In this document: positions 10,254 to 19,245 of the stretch, in pieces
Numbering within the stretch: the stretch's first letter is position 1
Layout: each line of letters begins with the position of its first letter
Assembly: GCA_964429795.1 (NCBI GenBank)
Contig: CAYSCW010000004.1
Span: 35,939-99,938, forward strand
DNA from: an uncultured Eubacteriales bacterium
Lineage (GTDB): Bacteria; Acidobacteriota; Aminicenantia; Aminicenantales; Aminicenantaceae
DNA length: 64,000 nt
Reading direction: 5' to 3'
Made by a program: the position numbers and the translations under genes
Notes under the pieces: model-generated
Databases searched by the model: none
What the model was told of the DNA's origin: nothing
Seen by the model: only the letters and a program-made list of their open reading frames with translations

Positions 10254-10309
10254 GAAACACCTCCATTCAATCAAGGATGAGGGCTGTCCGGGGAACAATC
10301 CCTATAGTT

Positions 10310-11053
10310 TCAAATGTACTGGCCGCCGTCAACCTTGATGACCTCCCCTGTGATATGAAGGGCCTTATCACTGCACAGAAAAGTCACCAGATAAGCCACA
10401 TCCTCTGGTTTTCCAAGAGATTTGAAGACAGTTTCGGAGATTGACTGCTCCTTGTATTCCTCAGGCATGTTTTTTATCATCTCCGTCTCGATTAAACCCG
10501 GTGCCACTGCATTGACGTTCACTTTGAATTTTCCCATCTCCCTAGCTACGGTCTTGCTCAGCCCGATGATGCCGGCCTTAGCCGCCGCATAATTCGCCTG
10601 TCCAAATTTCCCTCTTAAGGCATTTATGGATGTGACATTAACGATTTTTCCGGATTCCTGCTCTTTAAAAACCGGTGTCACGGCTCTGATAAAATTGAAA
10701 GCACCCTTCAGGTCCACATTGATCACAGTATCCCACTGTTCCTCGGTCATCTTCCAGACTACTCCATCCCAGTTCATTCCAGCGTTGTTGACCAGAATAT
10801 CCAGGCGGCCAAATTCATCCATAACACTATTCACGAGTTTCTGAACCGCTTCAAAATCAGAGATATCGATCTTATATGCTTGTGCTCGACGGCCCATTGT
10901 TTTGATCTTATCGACAATGGCCTTGGCTTCCTCCTCATGCCTGCGAAAGGTTAAAGCCACATCTGCTCCATTGTGGGCCAGGTCTAAAGATATGGCGGTG
11001 CCAATTCCCAGGCTTCCTCCGGTGACAAGGGCAACTTTTCCTTCCAAACCCAT
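10310..11053 (-). CDS. Short-chain dehydrogenase/reductase (FabG / 3-hydroxyacyl-CoA-dehydrogenase-like)
   Basis: VALVTGGSLGIGTAI Rossmann motif and a Yxxx(A)K catalytic motif. The likely start MGLEGK at 11053 has a perfect AGGAGG RBS 7 nt upstream; the longer listed ORF (to 11155) is probably N-terminal over-extension. Confidence 0.75.
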   Translation of the reverse strand: MGLEGKVALVTGGSLGIGTAISLDLAHNGADVALTFRRHEEEAKAIVDKIKTMGRRAQAYKIDISDFEAVQKLVNSVMDEFGRLDILVNNAGMNWDGVVWKMTEEQWDTVINVDLKGAFNFIRAVTPVFKEQESGKIVNVTSINALRGKFGQANYAAAKAGIIGLSKTVAREMGKFKVNVNAVAPGLIETEMIKNMPEEYKEQSISETVFKSLGKPEDVAYLVTFLCSDKALHITGEVIKVDGGQYI

Positions 11054-11173
11054 TTCAGTCCTCCTCTTTAATTTACTGTTTTTTCCCTTACAGCGAAAAT
11101 CATTATGAACAGCCCGTTCGGGGAACAGACCTTGCAAAAACCTCTTTTCTATCAAAAAAAATGAAACTTACTC

Positions 11174-13522
11174 TCAAAGAGGATATCTCCGGTTAAATTC
11201 GGGAACTCTCCTCTCCATAAGTGCGGTCAAGCCTTCCAAGGCATCAGGATGCTGGAAAGTTAACACCAGATGATTCTCCAGCTCCCACCGAGCTCTCTCA
11301 TCCAGGGATTTGCCTTTGAGAAAATCATCAAACCCCTTACTGATGAGACAGTTGGCGATGTAAACAGCATGCGGGGAGTTGTTGGCTATTCGCCTGGTGA
11401 TTCTCTGGACATAAGCCTTGCTCTCCTCCGATAGGAAATCTTCTGCTTGGCCTCGTCCGTAAGCATAGAGAGCAGGGATGAGATCGCTTTTAAGGAAGAG
11501 CGCCTTCATCCAGCGCAGTTCTTCCCTCTCCTCGAAGGTGAGCTCAGAAGACAGCTCTTGGATAGCCAAAGAGGCGAGCTGTTCTTCAGTTAAAGGCTTT
11601 CCGCCATTATCGATGATGGCTTGGGCCAGTTTATCTGCCACCTCGTCCCTTCGTCTTGCCTGAACCACAAAATCCACCAATCCCAGATATTTGAGGAGTC
11701 TGGGTGAGGAGGTGGTGGTTCCCCCTGACAGAATATAATAGCGGCTTAAGGCCACTGCCATCTCCGCATCCTTTGTAACCTCATAAATAAGCTGGGGAAG
11801 AGTCAAAGTCCCTCTCAGTCCGGGGTAGATTCCCAGCCGGGTTTCAGGGAAGGAATAGGAAGTACGTTCTGTAGTAATCACTATGGTATCCGGATCCAAA
11901 GCAAAGGCAAGGGCTACCTCCACTCCACCACCGAAGGCGGCTCCATCCACGATGGCGATCTTTGGTTTACCGCCACCGGTCATACGGTGGAAAATCACAT
12001 CCTGCCACATGGCTGTATCATCCCTGATCCCCTGAAAATTGCCCTCCTTTATTTTCCTTATGAAATCGGGAACGTTGGCTCCAGCGATGAAAGTCTTTAT
12101 AGGGGCAGAATCGAAGATGATGACACTAACCTTCTCATCTTCATTTGCTTTGCTGAAGGCAGATTTGAGACTCTCGATGACTTGATTATCCAAGGCGTTG
12201 GCTGCTCTGGGATTGGAGATCATGATGCGGGCCACCTTGCCCCTTTTTTCCAGGGATAAAACCACAGGCTCCAGCTTGAGAGGCCAGGGTTCATTCTTTT
12301 GAGCCTGAGAGATGAGAAGCTGTGGAATAGGGAAATTGATTTCTTTTCTATGAGAAAGCTCCATTCTTTCGGTCACGATGCGCAGAGCCTCCTGGATTCC
12401 CATCTTGTTCATCAGCACAAAAGGCCCTTCTCTCCACAGAAAAGCATTCTGGCATAATTTATCCACCTCATCCATCTCGATGACTCCTGCCTCCACAACC
12501 TCTGTGGCCGTCATGAAGGCAACAGCCAAGAATCTGCGCTTGAGGATATCCTCCACCATGGCATCTACGGCTGCCTTCTTCACATCTTCATCAGAGATCC
12601 ATCTCACCGTGGATTTATCCTCAGCCTTTTGGTATATCTCCAATAATTTTTTATAACTCTCTGGGGGAGTAAAAAAGTTTTGATAGACCTTAAACAGAGG
12701 ATCCTCTGGATTTGAAGAGTCGGAAAAGGAGCGCATGGTATAGATTCCCAGAGGAATTCCTGTTGTATCCATCAATCCCAGAAAACCCACCGGCATGTTG
12801 AAGGCCTTTTTGCCTGCGGCTTCTATAGCGGGAATGTCGAAACCTTCATCGATCATTCTGGCCGCTTCAAGGAGAAGGGAGACGAAGATGACGTCTGCAG
12901 CGCCGCCCTTGCGGCTGGAGAGTATGGGGGTGGCCATTTTCCCAGCCAGTTTCATATATTTCGCTGCCGCCTCGATGCTCTCCTTTGAGGCCTTTTCCGA
13001 GCCAGCGTATTCCCCGGCGCGGTTCTTATGGGGAAGATAAAAATAATGCATCCAGACAACCTTATCCGGTCTGCCAGTCTCTCGGGCCAGGATGTTTATA
13101 TCTAAAGATGATGTGTTGGTGGCTAAAACCACATGCGGCGCGCAGAGTTTATCCAGAATCCTGAAGATTTTCTTTTTGATCTCGATATTCTCGGTTGCAG
13201 TTTCGATGGCAAGCTTGAGGGTTTTCCCTTTACAGGCTTCCTCGTAGCTGGTTGTAGCCAGCATCCGGCTTCTGATCTCTTCTGCTTGAGAATCTGAGAA
13301 AATCCCCGTTTTTCGTGCCGCTGCCAGTTCACTCTCTACAGTCTGAAAAGCCTGCCAGATAATCTCTTCACTCACATCGATAAACCCGACATTGAATCCA
13401 CTCTGGGCATAGGCTTGAACGATGCTGGCTCCCATGGCTCCTGCCCCTACAACCAGAATTTCCACATCATCCCAGGTTATCTCTTTGCTCATCTTTTTAT
13501 CCTGTTTTTCCTTCCTTCCCAT
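11174..13522 (-). CDS. Fused 3-hydroxyacyl-CoA dehydrogenase (N-terminal) and enoyl-CoA hydratase (C-terminal) multifunctional beta-oxidation protein
   Basis: N-terminal VVGAGAMGASI NAD-binding motif and 3HCDH domain. The C-terminal half has a crotonase fold (KPKIAIVDGAAFGGGVEVALA). An alternative start MSKEIT lies at 13492. Confidence 0.75.
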   Translation of the reverse strand: MGRKEKQDKKMSKEITWDDVEILVVGAGAMGASIVQAYAQSGFNVGFIDVSEEIIWQAFQTVESELAAARKTGIFSDSQAEEIRSRMLATTSYEEACKGKTLKLAIETATENIEIKKKIFRILDKLCAPHVVLATNTSSLDINILARETGRPDKVVWMHYFYLPHKNRAGEYAGSEKASKESIEAAAKYMKLAGKMATPILSSRKGGAADVIFVSLLLEAARMIDEGFDIPAIEAAGKKAFNMPVGFLGLMDTTGIPLGIYTMRSFSDSSNPEDPLFKVYQNFFTPPESYKKLLEIYQKAEDKSTVRWISDEDVKKAAVDAMVEDILKRRFLAVAFMTATEVVEAGVIEMDEVDKLCQNAFLWREGPFVLMNKMGIQEALRIVTERMELSHRKEINFPIPQLLISQAQKNEPWPLKLEPVVLSLEKRGKVARIMISNPRAANALDNQVIESLKSAFSKANEDEKVSVIIFDSAPIKTFIAGANVPDFIRKIKEGNFQGIRDDTAMWQDVIFHRMTGGGKPKIAIVDGAAFGGGVEVALAFALDPDTIVITTERTSYSFPETRLGIYPGLRGTLTLPQLIYEVTKDAEMAVALSRYYILSGGTTTSSPRLLKYLGLVDFVVQARRRDEVADKLAQAIIDNGGKPLTEEQLASLAIQELSSELTFEEREELRWMKALFLKSDLIPALYAYGRGQAEDFLSEESKAYVQRITRRIANNSPHAVYIANCLISKGFDDFLKGKSLDERARWELENHLVLTFQHPDALEGLTALMERRVPEFNRRYPL

Positions 13523-13677
13523 CAGTCAATTCTCCCCAATCTTCTGTCTTTGATGATGTTATCTCTTTAGAAAAAGGGAAAAGGGACAGGCAACTTTTCT
13601 ATAAGATAAAGAATCCCGATGCGGCACGGCCCTTTCTTAAGAAAGCCGTCTGTCCCCATTTTATCTTTCTTATTCCT

Positions 13678-14808
13678 TTATTCTTTAGGCTTGGCGAGAA
13701 CGGCTTCCATGAAGGCTTCATCGACGGATTTTCCTTGAGCAATCAGTTGTCTGTATTTGATGAAATCGATCACATCTTGGCCGGTTATCTTTTTGGTGTT
13801 GAAAGCATGGAAGCCCATGAACGCTTCTGTGGCCATGTTGACGGCCAGCCAATGACGGTTGTAATTTTTGGCCATATCCCAGAAAAATTTCTTCTTGGTC
13901 CTGACACTGTCGATGGATTTCATCAAGCATCCAGGAAAGAGGTTGGTGAATTTCCAGATCACCTGGCGGACTGCTTTGTCCAACAGCTCAAAATCGATGT
14001 TAGCTGTCTTGAGAAATTCCCGTGCTTTCTTTCCCTCTTCTCCTTTGACGAACTCCCCATAGACGATTTCTCCATCTTCCACATATCTATCTGTGATGAC
14101 AGCGGGATTCCGGATGAATTTTCCATCCTGTTTGATGGCCGGAACGGCCTGACTGATGAGGCCGAGCCTCTTCATCTTGTAAGCACTCCACATCTCGCAG
14201 GAAACACAATTCCAGATGGCATCTTCGATGCTCAAAAACCAGGGAAGAAAATCAGAGGATCCTCCATCCGGGGCGGAGCCATGGCGGGGACCTGCTTGGC
14301 CAAAGATAGCTGTGTCTGCTGCTAAGGCGATATCACAGGCCATGCCGATCTCCTGGCCGCCAGCGATTCTCATTCCGTTCACCCGGCAGATGGTCGGCTT
14401 CTTGCACATCAGAATGGAGTCAACCATAAGGTTGAAAAGGTCCATGTATTCGCCGTATTCATTAGGCCTTCCCGCATAATATTCGGCATATTCTTTGGTG
14501 TTGCCGCCTGTACAGAAGGCTCTCTCCCCCACAGCTGTAAAGATAACAGCAACCACACTCCGATCTAAGGAAGCGTTCTGAAATCCAGCGATCACCCCTT
14601 TGACCATTTTCGTGGTGTAGGAGTTGTACTGGGCAGGATTGTTAAGCATCACCCAGGCTGTGTAAAGACCATCTGCCTCATTCCCTGAAGGATCGGTGAT
14701 CGGTCTCTTCTCATACATGGTGCAGGGAGGTTCTTCACCCCAATATTCTTTTCCAAACAGAGAATGGTCTTTGATCTCGTTATCCCTTGGAAGCCAATCT
14801 AAACCCAT
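13678..14808 (-). CDS. Crotonase-superfamily enzyme of unusual length (376 aa); candidate 6-oxocyclohex-1-ene-1-carbonyl-CoA hydrolase (BamA/Oah-like)
   Basis: Crotonase oxyanion-hole motifs (FCTGGN, GQEIGMACD). It is 376 aa where canonical hydratases are about 260 aa, which is the known size of ring-opening BamA/Oah. Genomic context includes Dch-like and Had-like genes. AGGAGG RBS upstream. Confidence 0.45.
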   Translation of the reverse strand: MGLDWLPRDNEIKDHSLFGKEYWGEEPPCTMYEKRPITDPSGNEADGLYTAWVMLNNPAQYNSYTTKMVKGVIAGFQNASLDRSVVAVIFTAVGERAFCTGGNTKEYAEYYAGRPNEYGEYMDLFNLMVDSILMCKKPTICRVNGMRIAGGQEIGMACDIALAADTAIFGQAGPRHGSAPDGGSSDFLPWFLSIEDAIWNCVSCEMWSAYKMKRLGLISQAVPAIKQDGKFIRNPAVITDRYVEDGEIVYGEFVKGEEGKKAREFLKTANIDFELLDKAVRQVIWKFTNLFPGCLMKSIDSVRTKKKFFWDMAKNYNRHWLAVNMATEAFMGFHAFNTKKITGQDVIDFIKYRQLIAQGKSVDEAFMEAVLAKPKE

Positions 14809-14821
14809 TTTTTCCTCCTTT

Positions 14822-14851
14822 TAAAAAATAGCGGCGCGTTTTTCTACGCCG
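14822..14851 (-). terminator. Rho-independent terminator candidate downstream of the SSS transporter gene
   Basis: On the minus strand, CGGCG-N10-CGCCG (GC-rich 5-bp stem) is followed by TATTTTTT, lying between the transporter stop (14878) and the next RBS and start (14808). Confidence 0.4.
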
Positions 14852-14877
14852 AATACTACTTTTCCCTCTCTGCCGTG

Positions 14878-16293
14878 TCAAGGGAGGGGCGATTTTATTT
14901 TTCTTTTATCGATGATGGCGATCAGAAAAAAGGTCAAAAGGCTCGCTATCCAGCAGAGATATATGGGATGGGGAAGGTGTAATTTTTGGAAAAAAGATGC
15001 AACTTGAGGAAAAACGAGCCAGGCCGCAAGAGACGCCATAGCCACCAGCAGAGTCCAGAAGGCATGGGCGCGCCGGCAGATTTTTGGCCAGAAAAGGGTC
15101 ATCAGGGTCACCAGAGTGTAAGCTGTGGTCAAGGAGAGCCCGATGAGTAAAGTTTTGAGGATGCCCGAGACGGAGACAGCCAGAAGATAGGTGAAGATAC
15201 TGAGAATCAAAACAGATATCCGAGAGATCGCTCTTTCACCTTTTTCTCCAAGGTCAGGAGCGACGAACCTCTTGATCAAATCGCCCACCACCAGAGTGGC
15301 GCTTCCCAACAGAAGGGCGGATGCGGTGGAAACATCAGCCGCCCACAGCCCGGCCAGCACCAGCCCCGCCACCACCGGACTCAAGCTTAAAACCGTGCGC
15401 GGCAAGGCTTCGGTGGGGATGATTCCCGGGTGGAGGATGGTGGCGGCAAGGCCGATGAGAGCACTTATAAAACCCACTGGAAGGATAATCAACCCTCCCA
15501 AAATAAATCCTCTGCTCGCAGAGGAAGGGTCTTTGGCCGCAAAACTGATTTGAACCACAGATTGGACCGAGAAGGCCATAGTGCACATCACCATAAACCA
15601 GGCGATGACGAGCCCCCATCCGATGGCGCTCAAATCAAAGCCAGGATGTTGGGCCGGAATTTTGGCGACAAACTCTCCCCACCCCCCAATCTTCACAACG
15701 GCTATCACCGCTCCCAAAACCACGCCTACATAGATCAGAATCACATTGATGATATTGGTCAGGCCAGCCGCCCAAAAGCCTCCGATCAGGGTGATTCCTA
15801 CAAAGACCACTGCAGTGACAAACATCCCTGTCTTAATGTCAAAAATATCGGGCAGTAACGAGGAGAGGATCGCTCCGCCAGCCACATACTGAAGCGAGGT
15901 GATCACAACCTGCAAGACTAGCTGTCCAACCACCCCTATGATTCGACCAGGAATGCTGTAATGCCTTTCGAAAAGCTCTGGAAGGGTAGCCACTTCCATC
16001 TGCCTGTAGCGCCGGGCAGCAATAAAGCCCACCAGGATGGCTCCTGCAGCCCAGGCCGCATTGTACCAGCCTGCTGAAAGACCTGTATTATAGGCTCTCT
16101 CTGCCACACCCACCGTGGAAGCTCCACCCACGGCCAGACCTGCCAACAGGGGGGCAACCACCCAGAACGGGAGGCCTCGGCCTGCCAGAAGATAGGCAAC
16201 CATCCCCCCGCGGCTCAGGCGTCGGGTGGCCCAAGTGATCGCATAGAGGAGAAGGATGTAAATACAAACAATGGTGAAAGGAATCCAGTTCAC
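14878..16293 (-). CDS. Sodium:solute symporter (SSS) family transporter
   Basis: 471 aa, about 13 TM segments, and a glycine-rich N-terminal region (LAGRGLPFWVVAPLLAGLAVGGAST) typical of SSS proteins such as PutP and ActP. Confidence 0.7.
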   Translation of the reverse strand: MNWIPFTIVCIYILLLYAITWATRRLSRGGMVAYLLAGRGLPFWVVAPLLAGLAVGGASTVGVAERAYNTGLSAGWYNAAWAAGAILVGFIAARRYRQMEVATLPELFERHYSIPGRIIGVVGQLVLQVVITSLQYVAGGAILSSLLPDIFDIKTGMFVTAVVFVGITLIGGFWAAGLTNIINVILIYVGVVLGAVIAVVKIGGWGEFVAKIPAQHPGFDLSAIGWGLVIAWFMVMCTMAFSVQSVVQISFAAKDPSSASRGFILGGLIILPVGFISALIGLAATILHPGIIPTEALPRTVLSLSPVVAGLVLAGLWAADVSTASALLLGSATLVVGDLIKRFVAPDLGEKGERAISRISVLILSIFTYLLAVSVSGILKTLLIGLSLTTAYTLVTLMTLFWPKICRRAHAFWTLLVAMASLAAWLVFPQVASFFQKLHLPHPIYLCWIASLLTFFLIAIIDKRKIKSPLP

Positions 16294-16364
16294 GCTTACC
16301 GCTTGTGGCTCATAGATTCGTCAATTCCCTAAAAGGTCTGTTCGGCGAACAGACCCTAAAGATC

Positions 16365-18452
16365 TTACTGTTCTTTAATCACCTTTAAGCGGGCATCCAC
16401 CACCAAGGCACCCTTTCCAGGCTCAAAAGCAAACACAGGATTGAGATCTATCTCCCCGATCTCTGGAAACTCTGAAACCAGTTGAGAGAAACGAATCATG
16501 ATCTCAACCAGCTTCTCCAAATCGACTCCTTTCTCTCCTCTTGTTCCTTCCAAGAGCGGATAACCTTTGATGGAACGGGCCATCTCCCAAGCGTCATCTT
16601 CAGAGAGAGGGGCTAACCTGAACACGACATCCTTCAAAATCTCCACAAAGATTCCTCCTAAACCAAACATGATGGTCGGCTGAAACCCCTCATTGGCCTT
16701 GGCACCCATGATCACTTCCTTTCCGTCTTTGAGATACTCCTGGAGAATGAACCCGGGCTTTTCTTTTTCAAATTTCCTGGACATTGCCTCAAAGGCTGTC
16801 TTAAGGGCCTCTCTTTCCTTGAGATCGAGCTTAACTCCCCCAACTTCTGTCTTATGAACGATCTCTTCTGAATCCACCTTCAGGGCCAGCGGGTAGCCGA
16901 CTTTGGCTGCAGCCTCTTCCAGCTCATCTTTTTTCCGGATTCTTGTGGTGATCACGGTGGGAATGCCGTAACTGCGGAGAATCTCAAAGACATCAGCCTG
17001 GGGGATGAATTTTTCCTGGCCTCTGTGTCGGCTTATGACTGATTCGGCTGTCTCTCTATCAACATCGTACTTCTTATAGAAGGGAGCCTCTTTCTGGATC
17101 ATTTGGCTGTATCGAGTCATCGAAGAAAGAACTCTTGAGGCGGTTTCAGGAAAATCATAAACAGGAATGCCGCTTTCTCTGATGAGACGAACCACTTCGG
17201 CCCATCTCTCGATGGTCATCACCACACAGACAATCGGCTTTTCAGCAGTCTTACCGATTTCAGACAGCCTGCGGGCCACACCTTCGCAGTCAACAAAGGG
17301 CGGGGTGACAAAGTTGAGCAGAAGTGAGTCGATATGGGGATCTTTAAGCAGAGTCTCCACCGTGCCTCCATACTGTTCAGGGCCTGCTGTGGCGACCACA
17401 TCCACAGGATTGGATACTATGGCCTCTGTAAAGAGGAGCTTACCCAAAGCTTCTTTGGTCTCAGGGCTTAATTCCGCTAATTTGAGTCCTGCAGAGATAG
17501 CCTCATCCACAGAGATTATGGCAGGTCCTCCTGTATTGGTGACGATAACCACGCGATCTCCTTTGGGCACAGGCTGGGTGGAAAAACCTATTGCTGCCTC
17601 CACCATCTCCTCCTGGGAGTGGAATCTGAGGACACCGCTCTTCTGGAAGATGACATCAGTGAGCGTGTCTTGTTCGATCAAGGAACCGGTGTGGGAGGCA
17701 ACAGCCACCGCCCCCTCCGATGTCTTTCCTGATTTCAAGGCCAGAATCGGCTTCTCGGGTGTGATCCGGCTGGCAACTTCAAGAAAACCAGCAGGGTCTT
17801 TCAAGGTCTCAATGTGAACCATGATGACTCTTGTCCCCTCGTCCTGGCCGTAGTACTCGATGATCTCATTCATGCTCACATCCGCCTCATTGCCAAAACT
17901 GGCGTACATCCTGATTCCCATACCCACTTCATAGAGATGAAGCTTCAGAGTTTCTCCCACTCCTCCACTCTGAGCGACGATGGAGATATTACCGGGGAAC
18001 ATGGGAACAAAGGTAAAATTGGCATAGACGGAGACATCAGGATCAGAATTCTGAATCCCTTGAGAATTGGGACCGTAAATTCGCATGCCGTACTTGTGAG
18101 CAATATCCACAATCTGCTTCTCCAGCTCCAGTCCCTCCTCTCCCACTTCCTTGAAGCCAGCCGTATGGACGATGGCGAACTTCACTCCTTTCTTCCCGCA
18201 TTCTTCGATGACATGAGGAACCAAAGTGTTTTTGATGGAAATGTTCACCAAGTCAATATCATCAGGAACTTCTGTTACAGAGGGAAAAGCTCTGAAACTC
18301 TTGATATATTTGGATTTGGGATTGATGGGATAGATGGGACCCTTGAAATTATGATTAAGCAGATTGGTGATAACGATATGACCGATGCTCAAGGGATTAT
18401 TTGAAGCACCGATGATAGCCACTGACTTCGGTTTAAATAAAGAATCAAGCAT
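16365..18452 (-). CDS. Acyl-CoA synthetase (NDP-forming), fused alpha/beta subunits (acetyl-CoA synthetase ADP-forming family)
   Basis: N-terminal CoA-binding motif KSVAIIGASNNP, a central succinyl-CoA-synthetase-like flavodoxin domain and a C-terminal ATP-grasp domain; 695 aa. Confidence 0.8.
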   Translation of the reverse strand: MLDSLFKPKSVAIIGASNNPLSIGHIVITNLLNHNFKGPIYPINPKSKYIKSFRAFPSVTEVPDDIDLVNISIKNTLVPHVIEECGKKGVKFAIVHTAGFKEVGEEGLELEKQIVDIAHKYGMRIYGPNSQGIQNSDPDVSVYANFTFVPMFPGNISIVAQSGGVGETLKLHLYEVGMGIRMYASFGNEADVSMNEIIEYYGQDEGTRVIMVHIETLKDPAGFLEVASRITPEKPILALKSGKTSEGAVAVASHTGSLIEQDTLTDVIFQKSGVLRFHSQEEMVEAAIGFSTQPVPKGDRVVIVTNTGGPAIISVDEAISAGLKLAELSPETKEALGKLLFTEAIVSNPVDVVATAGPEQYGGTVETLLKDPHIDSLLLNFVTPPFVDCEGVARRLSEIGKTAEKPIVCVVMTIERWAEVVRLIRESGIPVYDFPETASRVLSSMTRYSQMIQKEAPFYKKYDVDRETAESVISRHRGQEKFIPQADVFEILRSYGIPTVITTRIRKKDELEEAAAKVGYPLALKVDSEEIVHKTEVGGVKLDLKEREALKTAFEAMSRKFEKEKPGFILQEYLKDGKEVIMGAKANEGFQPTIMFGLGGIFVEILKDVVFRLAPLSEDDAWEMARSIKGYPLLEGTRGEKGVDLEKLVEIMIRFSQLVSEFPEIGEIDLNPVFAFEPGKGALVVDARLKVIKEQ

Positions 18453-19229
18453 TTAACCCTCCTTTATTTCCATGGCATACAATGCCGCTCCCAAGGCGCC
18501 TGTCAACTGAGGAAAGGGAGGCACAAAAATTTCTCTCCCGATTTTTTCTTCGAACATTTTAACCAAAAAGGGATTGTAAGCCACCACTCCCCCAGTCATC
18601 ACGATATTTCCTTCCAAAGGATCCATCTCCAAGGCTCTCTTTATCACAGAGCCAAAAATGCCCCTCACCAAATCTGGCACCTCCACCCCTTCTCTGATTT
18701 TGGTCAGTATTTCTGTGGCCGTAAACACTGTGCAGTAGCTTCCGATCTCGATATTTCTTTTCGACTTTTCTGCCAACCCATTGAGTTTATCAATCTTAAT
18801 GCGCAGTCTGTTGGCGATCTCCTCGAGGAATGCCCCTGTGCCGGCTGCGCATTTGCGATTCATCCTGAAACCCGTCCTTTTCCCCGAATCATCCACCCTG
18901 ATGATCTTGCTGTCCTGTCCTCCGATATCGATCAAGGTATGGGCATGGGGAAAATGGAGATAGCTTCCCTTGGCATGACAACTGATTTCTGTCTTTATCC
19001 TGTGGGCAAAGGCAACATTCCGTCTTCCATAACCCGTGGCTACGACGGCGTGACTGTCAGCGATTCGCCTTTGAGCCTTCTTCTTTGATTCCCCGAAAAC
19101 CCGCTCAGCCGCAGCTTTAAAATCAACACCCGAATGCCTGACCGCATAGCCGAGGATATCCTTATTTTCATCGAGGATGATCGCTTTTGTAGTAGAAGCT
19201 CCGACATCCACTCCCACAAAATAATTCAT
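18453..19229 (-). CDS. CoA-substrate-specific enzyme activase (BadF/BadG/BcrA/BcrD/HgdC ATPase family)
   Basis: ASKHA-fold N-terminus FVGVDVGASTTKAIIL and two Cys positioned to bridge a [4Fe-4S] cluster; 258 aa, like HgdC/BcrD. Confidence 0.8.
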   Translation of the reverse strand: MNYFVGVDVGASTTKAIILDENKDILGYAVRHSGVDFKAAAERVFGESKKKAQRRIADSHAVVATGYGRRNVAFAHRIKTEISCHAKGSYLHFPHAHTLIDIGGQDSKIIRVDDSGKRTGFRMNRKCAAGTGAFLEEIANRLRIKIDKLNGLAEKSKRNIEIGSYCTVFTATEILTKIREGVEVPDLVRGIFGSVIKRALEMDPLEGNIVMTGGVVAYNPFLVKMFEEKIGREIFVPPFPQLTGALGAALYAMEIKEG

Positions 19230-19245
19230 CAGACTGGCTTTATAT

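Noticed and set aside
13735-14325. 196-aa and 64-87-aa ORFs antisense to the BamA-like crotonase gene
   Set aside because: They are embedded in the opposite strand of a gene with clear crotonase motifs and have no start context.
17167-17817. 216-aa ORF antisense to the acyl-CoA synthetase (NDP-forming) gene
   Set aside because: Shadow ORF. It is Ser/Thr/Pro-rich with no domain signature, and the sense strand carries a complete ACD protein.
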